A stretch of DNA of 64,000 nucleotides from positions 320,001-384,000 of the forward strand of contig CBDCFN010000015.1 of assembly GCA_965216315.1 (NCBI GenBank), read 5' to 3'. Shown piece by piece: positions 40,504 to 56,000 of the stretch. The notes below the pieces were generated by a model. It saw only the letters and a list, made by a program, of their open reading frames with translations, was not told where the DNA came from and did not search any database. The stretch comes from a bacterium (GTDB lineage Bacteria > UBA10199 > 2-02-FULL-50-16 > JAJFLM01). A program made the position numbers and the translations under genes. The stretch's first letter is position 1; each line of letters opens with the position of its first letter.

Positions 40504-41310
40504 ATGGTGTGGGTGGTGCAAACAGCAATGCAGGCGACGACAGTGCTCGCCAATGCGGCCGGAGCCGCGACGGTGATCAGCCCGCTGGCGCATGTGCCCC
40601 TGCAGGTACTCGATGAGGCCACGGAATCGTTGGCCGAGTCCGCCTTTAGCCTGACAAAACAACTCTCCTGTGAACTGAGCTATTGCGTGACCCAAACGGC
40701 CTGGGAGCCGGTGCCTCAAGCCGATTTTTCCCGTGCCCACAGTCGAGAGCTGGCACTGACGGGTGAAAGCCTCCATACGGGCAAACGCCGAAATGAGATC
40801 TTTTCCATCGGCCAGTACGCACGGCACCTGAGGCTTGACTGCTCGGATTCATTCATTGCAAATTGCCTCGGTCTGTTGGAGGCGAGCGCGCAACATTTGC
40901 TTCAGCTCGAGCGTTCGGACGCCGTATCGTTGGCGACTATTCTCCGGCGGCGGCTTCCCGATGCTCCAGAGCAAGCCATCCGCAGGGGGCCCGTTGATTT
41001 CTATGTCTTTAAGTGGGTGGATCAAGATAGTCCGCTGATCCTGGCGATCAAGGCCTTTATTGGGCTCAATATGGGCGAGCTGTGGCTCACGGAAGAGTGG
41101 CGCCTGATTAGGCAACGGCGTGAGGCTGTCCTGTTGGCGGATGCGGATCGCGACGTCGGTTTTGGCCTTTATGCGGGGCTGGGACTCTGGCTTGATCACC
41201 CGCAGTATTTGGACTTGTTAAGCGAACCAATGGCACATAGGTCTGGGTTCATCACCCCGCGGAAAGACAGTCTCCAGTTCAATGGGGATTCGTTTACCCT
41301 CACTAAATAA
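40504..41310 (+). CDS. Hypothetical protein with QATTVLA leader; paralog of 38954 gene
   Basis: MVWVVQTAMQATTVLANA; start chosen by analogy with the inverted copy rather than ORF-track 40198. Confidence 0.72.
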   Translation: MVWVVQTAMQATTVLANAAGAATVISPLAHVPLQVLDEATESLAESAFSLTKQLSCELSYCVTQTAWEPVPQADFSRAHSRELALTGESLHTGKRRNEIFSIGQYARHLRLDCSDSFIANCLGLLEASAQHLLQLERSDAVSLATILRRRLPDAPEQAIRRGPVDFYVFKWVDQDSPLILAIKAFIGLNMGELWLTEEWRLIRQRREAVLLADADRDVGFGLYAGLGLWLDHPQYLDLLSEPMAHRSGFITPRKDSLQFNGDSFTLTK

Positions 41311-41318
41311 CGGTCGCA

Positions 41319-41334
41319 TGTTCCACGTGGAACA
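41319..41334. promoter_or_regulatory. parS centromere site
   Basis: Perfect TGTTCCACGTGGAACA. Confidence 0.95.
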
Positions 41335-41492
41335 ATTCGCAAAGTGAAAGCACGCCGCGCGCAGAGCTTGCGGCACCTGGGGCGCCAGTGGCGCTGAGCA
41401 GAGCTTCCACTTTGCTTTAGCAGGGGAAAGATAACTCTCTCTCCCCTGCACTCCTCATCGTGTGAGCCAATCATTTCTGATTTTGTGGCGGA

Positions 41493-41636
41493 GTACAGCG
41501 GATCAGTTGCCTGGCATCGACCGTCTGCCGCGCTCACACGCCGCGCGTCCACGGTCTGCGATCTCCCCTTGCTGGCATTATAGGCTGCTAGGGAAAGCAA
41601 GGCTGCGATAGCTGCCGATCAACTGATCCGCTGTAC
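41493..41636. repeat. 144-bp element bounded by 17-bp perfect inverted repeats (MITE-like or structured RNA)
   Basis: GTACAGCGGATCAGTTG (41493-41509) / CAACTGATCCGCTGTAC (41620-41636), flanked by GGA on both sides. Confidence 0.6.
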
Positions 41637-41792
41637 GGAGTGCTTGACCGTGAAAAAAACCAGCTCAGCTAATGTACCATTTGTGCTGCAATAGTGAGGC
41701 TTTTCTCGCATCACTTGATTTTCCATTGCGTTTGCCCCTTGCTTTGGTCTAGTTATCAACAAACTCAGACGAGACCAGCCAAGGGAGGCTAA

Positions 41793-42596
41793 GTGGCTAA
41801 AATCATTAGCATTTGTAACCAAAAGGGCGGCGTGGGCAAGACGACGACGGCCATTAATTTAGGGGCGAGCCTGGCCGCCGCTGAGAAGCGGACGTTAATC
41901 GTCGATTTTGATTCCCAGGCCAATACGACCGGGGGCTTGGGTCTCGCCAAGGGCGGTGATGGACTGAATAGCTACCGGACGGTGTTGGGCGAGGTGACGG
42001 CGGCCGAAGCGACTCACGACACCAATATTTCTTTTCTCAAAGTCATCCCGGCAACGATTGATTTGGTCGCTGCCGAAATCGAGTTGATTGAACAGCCACA
42101 GCGGGAAAGCCGCTTAAAACAAGCCTTGGCGCCGGTTGCCGATGATTATGACTACATTATTATCGACTGTCCCCCCTCTTTAGGCTTTCTGACGATCAAT
42201 GCCTTGGTTGCGTCAAATTCCGTGTTGATTCCGGTTCAATGTGAGTACTACGCCCTTGAAGGACTCAGCGATTTGATGCGGACCATCTCGCAGATTCGCG
42301 AAGAACTCCATCCGGCCCTGGAGATCGAGGGGATACTGTTGACGATGTCGGACATGCGCACCAGTCTCAGTCGTCAGGTCGAGGCGGAGATCCGCGAACA
42401 CTTTAAAGAGAAAGTCTTCAAGGTCCACATCCCGCGAAACGTGCGACTGGCCGAGGCACCGAGTCATGGCAAGCCGGTCCTGACCTATGACTTTCGTTCG
42501 AAAGGGGCCCAGTGCTACCTGGACCTGGCCAAAGAATTTCTTGCGTCACAACCTGCGTCATCCGCAGCAACGGGGGTGAGTCATGGAGCCGCGTAA
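41793..42596 (+). CDS. parA: Chromosome partitioning ATPase ParA/Soj
   Basis: NQKGGVGKTTT, IIDCPPSLG, IPVQCEYYALEG, IPRNVRLAEAPSHG. Confidence 0.98.
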   Translation: MAKIISICNQKGGVGKTTTAINLGASLAAAEKRTLIVDFDSQANTTGGLGLAKGGDGLNSYRTVLGEVTAAEATHDTNISFLKVIPATIDLVAAEIELIEQPQRESRLKQALAPVADDYDYIIIDCPPSLGFLTINALVASNSVLIPVQCEYYALEGLSDLMRTISQIREELHPALEIEGILLTMSDMRTSLSRQVEAEIREHFKEKVFKVHIPRNVRLAEAPSHGKPVLTYDFRSKGAQCYLDLAKEFLASQPASSAATGVSHGAA

Positions 42597-43524
42597 AGCC
42601 TTAGGGAAGGGACTGGCCTCGCTGATCCCGAAGTCAACAGTTCCAAAGGCGGTCCCGGACGCGCGTGAGCAAGATGGAGCGTCACCCGCAGCGGTCAGCG
42701 GTCCGTTTCGCGAGGTGGCCATTACCGAGATCAAGGCCTCGGCGGCCCAGCCGCGCAAGTATTTTGATGAAGAGCGGATCGAAGAACTCGCCCAATCCAT
42801 CAAGCAAAAAGGCATTCTCCAGCCCCTGTTGGTTCGCACGGTGGAGGGGGGGTATGAGCTGATCGCGGGGGAACGGCGCTGGCGGGCGGCCAAGCAAGTA
42901 GGTCTCGCCAGGGTCCCCGTCATCGTGCGGGATGTCGCGCAGCAGGAACAGCTGGAGCTGGCGTTGATCGAAAACATTCAGCGTGCCGACCTTGATCCCA
43001 TCGAGGAGGCCCAGGGTTTTTCCGAGTTGATGAGCCGCTTTGATATTACGCAGGAAGAAGTGGCGGAACGAGTGAGTCGGAGTCGCAGTGCGGTGGCCAA
43101 TAGCCTGCGGCTGTTGAAGCTACCGGATAAGGTGCAGCAGGCCCTCCGGTCAGGTGCGATCAGTGTCGGTCATGCCAAGGTACTGTTGGGAGAGACCATC
43201 GATACCCAACTCTTGCTCCTGGACAAGTGCATCAAAGACGACATGGCCGTGCGTCAATTGGAGCGCTTGGCCAAGGCCTTGGGCGGGCGGCGCACCAAGG
43301 CTAAAACCGGGTCGAGCGCGTCAGCCGCCAAGGTCTCGTTGACGCCGACCTTAGAGCGGATCACCGAGGAACTGAAGAAGCGTCTCGGGACCAAGGTCCA
43401 GATCGAAACGACGGAAAAAGGGGGACGCATTCTTATCGATTACTATTCGGATGAGCAGCTGGATGATCTCTACCAGCGCATTACGGGCTATCATTTAACG
43501 CGCCGAAAAACGCGAGGGATATAA
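42583..43524 (+). CDS. parB: Chromosome partitioning protein ParB/Spo0J
   Basis: ALGKGLASLI, QPRKYF, IAGERRWRA, ENIQRADL, SRSAVANSLRLL. Confidence 0.98.
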   Translation: MEPRKALGKGLASLIPKSTVPKAVPDAREQDGASPAAVSGPFREVAITEIKASAAQPRKYFDEERIEELAQSIKQKGILQPLLVRTVEGGYELIAGERRWRAAKQVGLARVPVIVRDVAQQEQLELALIENIQRADLDPIEEAQGFSELMSRFDITQEEVAERVSRSRSAVANSLRLLKLPDKVQQALRSGAISVGHAKVLLGETIDTQLLLLDKCIKDDMAVRQLERLAKALGGRRTKAKTGSSASAAKVSLTPTLERITEELKKRLGTKVQIETTEKGGRILIDYYSDEQLDDLYQRITGYHLTRRKTRGI

Positions 43525-43527
43525 ACT

Positions 43528-43986
43528 ATGTTTGGACAAAAAGAATATGGTGAGGGGGGGGCAGACAGCCAGGTCAGCGCTTTGCTGGAGCCGGGTTGTG
43601 AGTTTGAAGGCAAACTGACCTTTCAAGATACGGTCCGCATCAATGGCCATTTTAGAGGGGAGATCTTTTCAGAAGGGACATTGATCGTTGGTGAAGGTGC
43701 GGTGATTGATGCACGGGTTGAGGTGGGGAGCATTATCATCAACGGCAAGGTCAATGGCGAGATTGAGGCGCAAGACCGGATCGAGATGCGTTGCCCCGCG
43801 CAGGTGCGTGGTGACATCAGTGCGCGCACCTTGGTTGTTGAAGAAGGCGTCGTTTTTGAAGGGGCGTGCCGCATGGGGGAGCCACCCATTATTAGTCAGC
43901 GGGACGGTGACGTCACCCAGCTCCATGCCGCTAACAGCGACGTGAGTGCCGACGAGGGTTTGGGCGAAAGCGGATCTTTAATTTAA
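43528..43986 (+). CDS. Bactofilin (polymer-forming cytoskeletal protein)
   Basis: EFEGKLTF..TVRING.F.GEI.SEG.LIVGEGA beta-helix repeats, EEGVVFEGAC. Confidence 0.9.
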   Translation: MFGQKEYGEGGADSQVSALLEPGCEFEGKLTFQDTVRINGHFRGEIFSEGTLIVGEGAVIDARVEVGSIIINGKVNGEIEAQDRIEMRCPAQVRGDISARTLVVEEGVVFEGACRMGEPPIISQRDGDVTQLHAANSDVSADEGLGESGSLI

Positions 43987-44056
43987 CTCGATAATCGTTT
44001 ATCCACAGGCTTCATCTTGACAGGGCCCGGGGTGCATACTAGAGAGTTTCGGGCCT

Positions 44057-44491
44057 ATGATTGAACTCATTCCCGACAGTACGATTGTTTATCAGTGGGT
44101 CATGTTTATGCTGGCCGCCGTGATCCTGACGTTTGGGGTCTTTAAGCCGGCCCTGCGTATCATTAATGCGCGCCGTTCCGCGACGGATGGCGATGAGGCC
44201 AAGGCCGAAGATTATGAGCGCAAAATCGAGGAGCTCAGCAGCAAGGTAGAAGCGAGCCTCAGTGAAGCCCGGACGGAGGGCCAGGAGGTCATCGCGACGC
44301 TGCGGCAGGAGGCCGAGGAGACGGCCAACCAGACGATCCAGACGGCCCGGGAACAACTGGACGCCGAGCTGCAAACGTTGCGCGCCAAGCTGGAACAGGA
44401 ATCGAAAGAAGTGGAACTGCAGCTCAAGCAACATGCGCAGGACCTCTCCAAGGAGCTGGCGCAACGCGTGTTGGGACGCAATATTAGTTAG
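44057..44491 (+). CDS. ATP synthase F0 subunit b'
   Basis: N-terminal TM, FKP..RII..R, long charged helix; first of two b-type genes. Confidence 0.85.
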   Translation: MIELIPDSTIVYQWVMFMLAAVILTFGVFKPALRIINARRSATDGDEAKAEDYERKIEELSSKVEASLSEARTEGQEVIATLRQEAEETANQTIQTAREQLDAELQTLRAKLEQESKEVELQLKQHAQDLSKELAQRVLGRNIS

Positions 44492-44499
44492 AGGAGCGG

Positions 44500-45003
44500 A
44501 TGGACCTTCACCTATTATACGCGGCGATCAACTTTGTGATTTTTGCAGGGATGCTGGGTTTTCTGCTCCGGAAGCCGATGCGGGAGTTTTGGGGGAATCG
44601 CTCCGAAGGGTTGCGGACCCGCATCGAACAGGCCCGCCAACGCCGCACGCAGGCCGAGTCCGAGTTCCAACGGCTTGAAGCCCGTGTCAATCAGCTGGGC
44701 CAGGAGATGGCTGCACTTAAGGAGCGCATGAGCCAGGACGGAGCGCTCGAACAGAAAAAAATTATTGAAGAGGCCGATGCGGCGGCGCACCGGCTCAAGA
44801 ACGCGGCAAAACGCATCGGCGAGCAAGAATGGACGAAGGCGCGTTTTCGCCTCCGCGGGACGGCCACCCGGCTGACCGTGGATCTTGCCCAGAACCAGGT
44901 GACTCAGCAGATTAATGAGGACGATCAGAAACGCCTGATCGGAGACTATTTGAATCGCCTCGCGGCCGAAGACCTCAAGGTCTTAGATGGGGGCCTAGCA
45001 TGA
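44500..45003 (+). CDS. atpF: ATP synthase F0 subunit b
   Basis: INFVIF TM, KP...F...R...I, DQKRLI..YL. Confidence 0.88.
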   Translation: MDLHLLYAAINFVIFAGMLGFLLRKPMREFWGNRSEGLRTRIEQARQRRTQAESEFQRLEARVNQLGQEMAALKERMSQDGALEQKKIIEEADAAAHRLKNAAKRIGEQEWTKARFRLRGTATRLTVDLAQNQVTQQINEDDQKRLIGDYLNRLAAEDLKVLDGGLA

Positions 45004-45016
45004 GAAAGGCAAAGCT

Positions 45017-45556
45017 ATGATTCAGGGCTCGTTGCCGTATCGCTATGCCCGTGCCTTGGTGGAGCTCGCCGAAGAAGCGAATGCCGTCGATAAGATCGCC
45101 GACGAGCTGGCGTTTTTTGAAGAGGTCGCCCGCCAGACGCCCGGCATGATTCGGCTGCTCAGCGATATCGTCGTGATGAAGACAGACCGGCGGCGCGTCC
45201 TGAGCGAAATCCTCGAGCGCATGGCGGCCTCGGAGCTATTTCGTAAGTATGCCAAATATCTGCTCGAGAAAGAGCGCTTCGGTTATTTTACGGGGATTGT
45301 CCGGGCTTACCAGGAATTGCGGGACGAGCGGACCAACCGCATCCGGGCCCGCGTGACCTCGGTAGCACCGCTGGACGCGGCCATTACCGAGCGCCTGGAA
45401 AAAATTCTCGCTGACAAGACGGGCAAACAGGTGGCCGTTGATTATGAACAGGACCCTTCCTTGATTGGGGGGCTAGTGATTCAGATGGGCAGCCGGATCT
45501 ATGACGGATCGGTGAACGGCGAGCTCGTCCGTTTTCAAGCCAAGATGCTTAAATAA
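45017..45556 (+). CDS. atpH: ATP synthase F1 delta
   Basis: [27 protein letters not shown]. Confidence 0.93.
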   Translation: MIQGSLPYRYARALVELAEEANAVDKIADELAFFEEVARQTPGMIRLLSDIVVMKTDRRRVLSEILERMAASELFRKYAKYLLEKERFGYFTGIVRAYQELRDERTNRIRARVTSVAPLDAAITERLEKILADKTGKQVAVDYEQDPSLIGGLVIQMGSRIYDGSVNGELVRFQAKMLK

Positions 45557-45578
45557 GGCGCGTTTTAAGGAGACATCC

Positions 45579-49458
<3,880 letters not shown>

Positions 49459-49459
<1 letters not shown>

Positions 49460-49860
49460 TGAGTGAACTCACCGTCGACATCATTACCGCGGAATCGAGC
49501 CTGCTCGTTGGCGCTCCGGCGTCAAGCATCGTCGCTCCGGGTGTCCAGGGGGCCTTTGAGGTCTTGCCAGGGCACACGACCTTTTTGACCGAGTTGGAGA
49601 CGGGTCCCGTGACCGTTGAGGGTCCCGAGGGGACTCAACGCTTTGTTGTCAGTGGTGGTTTCGCCGAGGTCATGATCGGGCATGTCCGCATTCTGGCGGA
49701 CCACGCCAATGCCGTCGCCGCCATCGATGCCGCTCAAGTCGATCAAGACCTCAAGGCCGTTACGGCCGAGCTCGAAGGGGCCGACCCCTTCGCAGCGGAG
49801 ACCGAGGCCTTGCGTAAGCGCCTGAAATTCCTTGAAGTTCAGCGCTCTCTCCTCAGTTAA
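49459..49860 (+). CDS. atpC: ATP synthase F1 epsilon
   Basis: PG..G.F.VLPGH, VSGGFAEV. Confidence 0.95.
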
Positions 49861-49899
49861 TCTGTATACAATCGTGGACAGCATTCCCGAATAAATTCG

Positions 49900-49924
49900 C
49901 AACCTTTTTAGGCAGTGGCCGAAG
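49900..49924 (+). promoter_or_regulatory. Sigma28-like promoter, copy 9, upstream of FAS
   Basis: GCAACCTT-N11-GCCGAAGA (CAAC-N15-CCGAAG). Confidence 0.62.
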
Positions 49925-50006
49925 AGTTTGAGCTTGTGGGCGTCCCTCCTGGGTCGGACGGAATGCCTCAATATATTGTGCACTCGTTAAAGAAGGGGTA
50001 TTGGGC

Positions 50007-53000
50007 ATGCCTATTATTGGTTCCTCACTCGGGTTGGGAAACGCTGGGTTATTGGCTGCTGGAGGGGCGAGCCATAACGTTGGTCTCTTCCAAAGTTTCT
50101 TAGGACAAGCGGTTTCACAGGTCATCGCGTCCGATCGTGCCACGGAAGTTGTCGAGGGCTTGCTCTCACAACCCAATCACGGCACCCTTCTCCAAGAGTC
50201 CGGCATCCAGGCCGAGAGCAGTGAGGACATTCTCGAACAAATAGCCGGTTCCACGGAATATGCCCGCCGTGCCCTCGACAACAGGGAACTCCTCGAGGGG
50301 ATTATTGCCAGTTTTGTTACCCAGGGTCAGGTTGAACTGGGCGATGAGTTTGCGGTTCTCCTCAATCCCGTCACAGCGGGTGTCCATTTTACCGCTGCGG
50401 AGCTCGGAGGAATATACAGCCCCGTGGCGGGGACGGATGCGGGCGCGCGTTATGCGCAACCCCTCTCGCATGCGATTCAAACCGAGACCGCGACCCTGCG
50501 GAACGCCCTGAGTGAGGCGACGACTGCGACGCAGCGTTTAATGGATGCGCGTCATGTGGATGCCACGCAAGCGGCCGCAATTAACGCGGTGTGGACGTCG
50601 ATGGCACGCCTGGACCGGCTCCTCAACGTCGATGTCGTGCAGAAACCCGCCCGGCTGGGAGAAATCGATGAGCTCCAAAAGGCAACGGAGGCCTATCTGA
50701 GTGACTTAGGACTTCAACCGATGTCGCAGTTGGCGCTTGAGATGCGTGAAGGCAATTATCGATTCATGCTCCAGGCCCCGGGTCAGGCCAATGAATATAT
50801 TGGTCTGTTTAAACAGGTCTATGGGCGGTCGGATGTTGCCCGTCGTTTTGTCGACGAGATCGTGATTCCGGCGTTGCGCTCCGAAGGCATTGACGTCAAC
50901 GAATATCTGGACATGGATCCGGCCCAACTCAGCCTCGAGCAGAATAAAGCGGTCCTCAATAGCTCGCGTATTTCGCAGCCGATGATACTGGCGACGCAGC
51001 TGGCGCTGCTGGAAGAATTGAAGTCCTATGGCTTTGATCCGCAGTTTTTTACCGCGGGTTCCGGGCATTCCCAAGGGTTATTGTTGGCGTCGGTAGCGGC
51101 CGGCAAGACAGGTCCGGCTGAAGCCCTGCGCATTGTGGCTATTCACGGACGTGAGATGCAGAACGGCACCAAGGCGGCGAACACGAAGGTGCCGATGGTT
51201 TCCGTGCTGGGTATTTCGCGCATGGAAGCCGCGCGCATGAGTAATGAGATCAATTTGCACTTAGCGCTCGTCAACGGGATACCCGGTGAGACGGCTCCAC
51301 TCAATCCCTCACAGTTGCGCGAACTCAAGGAAAAGGCCGATTCCGATATGCTGTATGGCCGGCTTTTTCCGGTCGAAAAAATGGCCCAGGATCCGGCGTT
51401 GCGTGCGGCCTATCCTTTCTTTGCCCGTTATTTTAACCGCGATTTTCATCTGACGGACGAAGAGATTCGCAAGTTGGGTCTGCCGCGTGGCCTCAATGAG
51501 AGCGCCGCCTTTATCATTCGTGGTGACATGGAAACGACCTATACGGCACTGATCAATATGGAACCGAGTGATGGTTCCCGAACTCGCGGCGTCATGCCGG
51601 CGTTCATCTTTTCCGGGACGCATCAGGCTCAGGAGTTGGTGTTAGGATTATTGGGCAACAAACAAGCCGGAACCGAACCCCATCCCGCGTTTCGCAATGT
51701 CGGGTATAATTTTAATAAGAAAGAAGAGACGACCTTTCCCAAGACGGCAGTCTTGATCACCTCATCACCGTTCCATCATGCCGGGGAACAACGGGCTGCC
51801 TTTGAAAAATCCGTTGCGCGTGCCGATGAGACCCGTGGGGAGGCGACTTTTCCCGTCGTGCTCAACAGCGAGCCCGCGAGTTTTGCCGAACTCGGATTGA
51901 CGCCCCAGCAGGAGGCCCAGCGGATTACGGCGGAACAACATGTGCGCCACGTCGATTGGCCGGCAACGGTCGAAAAAATGCTGACTTTTGGCGATCAGAC
52001 GAAACCGGCTGTATTTGTCAGCATGGGAGACGGAGTGGTGGCGGGTTTTACCGCAGCGACAACCGCGGGTCGTGCGACGACGATTGCCGCGGCCAATAAA
52101 GATGGCAGTGGCTTTGCTCAACTGACTTCACGCAAATCCGCAGGGCTCCGCTTGAGGACCGCCCCACTGGCCGACCGCAGTATCTATGAGCCGATCGAAG
52201 CCCAGGTCTTGGCGGGGCGACCGAACGTCGATGGCCAGTATCTGGGGCCCATAGGCTATCTCTCCAGCGTCACACTCGGCAATGATAAGCAACGCCTGGA
52301 TCTGATTCGCCGCATCCGGAAGGTCGTCGATTTTTCGGATCCCATGCATCCCAAGTTCAATAACGATGAAATTCTAGCACGCCTGGGGGCCGAAGGACCT
52401 TATGGCGTGGCAGCGATGACGGGTCCAGGGACCTCTAAGCTCATCGGCGCCGTCGCCCGCGCAGGGCGGACCGCCTATCTCGCGGCGGGTAATTACCCGG
52501 GCAAGGCCCACCTGAATATTTCTATTAAGCAAGGCTTTATTACCGGACTTATTGATACCGCATGGGAAACAACCCGCAGTGCCGACCCCGCAACCGGCGA
52601 ACTTGATGCGGGGTCCCTGACCTATGGAGGCGAGCCGGTCGTACGCGGTTCGATTGAGACGTATTCGGACCGTGCTCAGACGGATGGTCAGTATCTGGGT
52701 GAGGCCCGCTTTGAAGGCCCGATGAAATCATTCGGCGTCAATCTCATGCATGCTGCCGGCGGCGGTGTTTTCAGTAAGGCGCAGTGTGATGCGACCGCTG
52801 AAATGATCGATCGCGGTCTCCCCATCGATAAGATCAGTGTGGGGATCTATCTGATCCAGGATAATGCGGAACTGCGCCGTTACATTCCTTTGTTGGCTCG
52901 CGGCGTGCGCTTTGCCCCGTTGCTTCCCAACATGAATGCGATTCGAATCTATCAAGATGAGCATATTCCTTACCTTAAAGAGGAGTTGAAAAAATACCTT

Positions 53001-56000
53001 GAGGGCGGGTGGCGCACCTTCAATGCCGATAACCCGGGTTATTATGAAAGTGACGCGATTCACAGCCGTTTTGCGGCGGCCCATCCGGAGTATTTCGGCA
53101 AGGGGGGCTATGACCGCTTCATGGCCGACCATCCCGATCTCCTCATGAAGATGAGAGAGGGGAATGACGGGGGCGGACACAATTCCCCTGAAGGCACCCC
53201 GACCTATCGTCTCGTGCAAGACGCAGTGGTGAATCCGAAGAATGAGAAGACCAAAAATATTTCCACCGGGGGGTATTCTTTCGGAGTTGCGGTGGCCGAT
53301 GCTTTGTTGTCCGGAGCGGCTGGCGTTCAGGCGGGGAGTGTCTTTGAGATCACTCAGGAAGCTGACCTTCCCTACAAGGTGAAGGCCTTGATCATGGAGG
53401 TGGCGGACCCGGACTCCCCACGTGAAGCGACGAACATTGTCAGTGAATTTGGTAAGCCGCTCAATGTTGCGGTGAATGCCTTTAGTCAGGCCTATGTGGA
53501 TTTGGTGGCCACCGATGACGCCGAAGAGATTCTGGATATACTGGCGCGGGAACCCGTCGACTCGGTACGTTTTCACCGCGAGTTCTGGAACAACGGCATT
53601 GAGACCGAAGATCCCGCGCTCAACTTTGTCATGAAAAACGAAGCGGTCTTCGAACCCATTTGGGATTTTCTCGTCGGCGATCGCCAGTCGGGGCGCCAAG
53701 CGGCCCTGGACGCCATCCGTAAGCTAAACGCCGAGGACGAGAAACGCTGCCATGCCAATTTCTTGAAGAAGCATAAAGATGAGTCAACGCGTCCCGCGTG
53801 GAACCCCACCGAGGGGAATGACAAGGCGCAACTGATTACATTTTATCGCGTGTTCCGGACCAACATGATCCAGAGCGGCGAGGTCGATCCCGAGTGGGCC
53901 TATGTCCTCGTCGGTCGTTCGATCACGCGCATGCCGCAACAGTTCTTAGAGCGCTTCAAGGCGGACGGAACCCTGCCGACCGTGAGCGAGTTTATCAATA
54001 CGATCGAGTCGGATGCCTTGAGCTACCTGACTCAGTTGATGGGGCGCGCGTTGACCGTGCAGGCCCAACGGGCCCAGGCCTATGAGCTACAATCTTTTGA
54101 TCCGGTGCCGAATGTCCAGATTTTCCGGCAGGCCAGCGAAGAGGGTCAACAGACCTTGCGTGTCCGTCCGCTTGGGGCGATGAGTGAAGATGCGCTGGCC
54201 TCCTTTCGTCGTGCTGCGAAGGCACAGGGGTATGGTCACGTGGCGGAGGTATTGCGCCAGGGCTCTGAATTTAATCGCTTCTTTACCCCGAGAGCGGGAC
54301 GCGAGTTCTACTTCGACCTGCAAGCGACGGATGGCCAGAGTCCTCAGCTGGTGGCCGTTCGTATCCTCCAAGACGGCAAAGAGATCGCACGTGTCGAGTC
54401 ACCATCAGCGACGGAAGTCACCATGTCTTATGAAGTGCCCCGGGATGCGTATGGAGAGCTGGAGCCGCGAACCCTCACGTATCAATACAATCTTCAAGAG
54501 CCAGTTCCAGGCGTTCATGAATGGCGCCTGGATCGCGAGCGCGTCCAACGCGAATCGACCGCTATTTTTGGCGAGTTGTTGACGGGGACGCAGCTGGATT
54601 ACACGGGTCGCACGATCAGTGACACATATACCGATCAACGCCCGGTGAGTGAGGAGCGAGTGCGCGAATATGCGCGTATCGTCGGTGAGGGCTATGACGT
54701 CTTTCATCGCGAAGGTGTCGTACATCCCGGCTTGGTTGGGGTTGAGAGTCTGCGCAGTGCGGTCCTCGCCAGCAATCATCCGGATTTCCAGACCGATCGC
54801 TTCCAACTGTTGCATGCCTTCTTTAATCAGAGTTTTGGAACCTCGGCATCTGTTGGGAGCGACGTCCAAGTGGCCTCTCGTAATACCGAGGCCACCGGAC
54901 TCGATAACGGGGGCTTCAGTCAAGATGCACGCATTGTCACGCGCAATGCGGCAGGTGACGTTGTCAGTGAAGTCGATACCGGCTTTGTCAATCTCGACCC
55001 GAGGAGTCGTTTTACGCCGCTGTCGGAAAGCATTGATCCTGAGCTGGCGGATCCCGCGACGGCCGAGACGCTGACAGGTTTTGCGGCCTATCCGATCTGG
55101 CAGCCCGAGCGGGTGGTCAAGGTCACGCGGCAGGATATTCTCGATTATACGATGTTCGATCCCAATGCGATCCACCATGCCGATTTCGTGGCTCAGATGG
55201 CGGGATTGGATGATGGGATTATTGCCCAAGGCATGCTGGTTCACGGCAAGATGGTGTCACACATGTTGGGGGGGTATCTGCAAGGAGACCTCGATCGTGC
55301 CGTTTCGGTCAAGACCACGTTTACCGGCAAGGTTCTCCCCGGCGAAGACCTGGATCTGGTTGCCTACCGCATCGGTCAGCAAGGCGAATACGATATCTTA
55401 CGGTTTGACGCGACCAACGCCGATGGCAATACGGTCGTGACCCAGGAGTGGAAAGTCCGGCGCAATGGTCAGATCGTGGCCTTTCCGGGACAGGGTTTTC
55501 AAAAGGCGGGCATGTGGACGAGCGTTACGAACCGCTACCAGGCACCGCAGGACGCCAAACCCGAGCTGAAGGCGGCCTATGAGCGCGCGCAGCAAGCACA
55601 ACGAACCTTTCTAAAGCAGGTGGATCAGCATAGTCTTGAGAGGTGGGGCTTTAGGCTCTCCGATGTCGTCAAACATGCGCCCAAGACGTTGAGTTTTAAC
55701 GTCAGCGAAGATTACGCCGGTGAGTCCTATCGAGGCCGGTCAAAAGGGGAGCGGCTGACGGTTCGCAACGCCAGCCAAAATGGCATCCTTAGCGAAACCG
55801 ATTTTACCCAGCCGGCGCTGTTTGTTGCCTATGTCCTCGATTGGATCGGCATGCGCGAGTTAGGCAAGATTCATCCGGATGCGGATATCGTTTATAACTC
55901 GCTCGGCAAGATTGCGGCGCTGGTTGCGGTCGGGGCCATCTCACCGGTTGATGGTCTTCAATTGGCCCGGGCCCGTGGTGTGTTCATGGGCGAGGTCAAG

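Noticed and set aside
39013..41334. Three identical palindromes as CRISPR repeats
   Set aside because: 16-bp parS consensus spaced 0.9-1.4 kb apart next to parAB, with no cas genes
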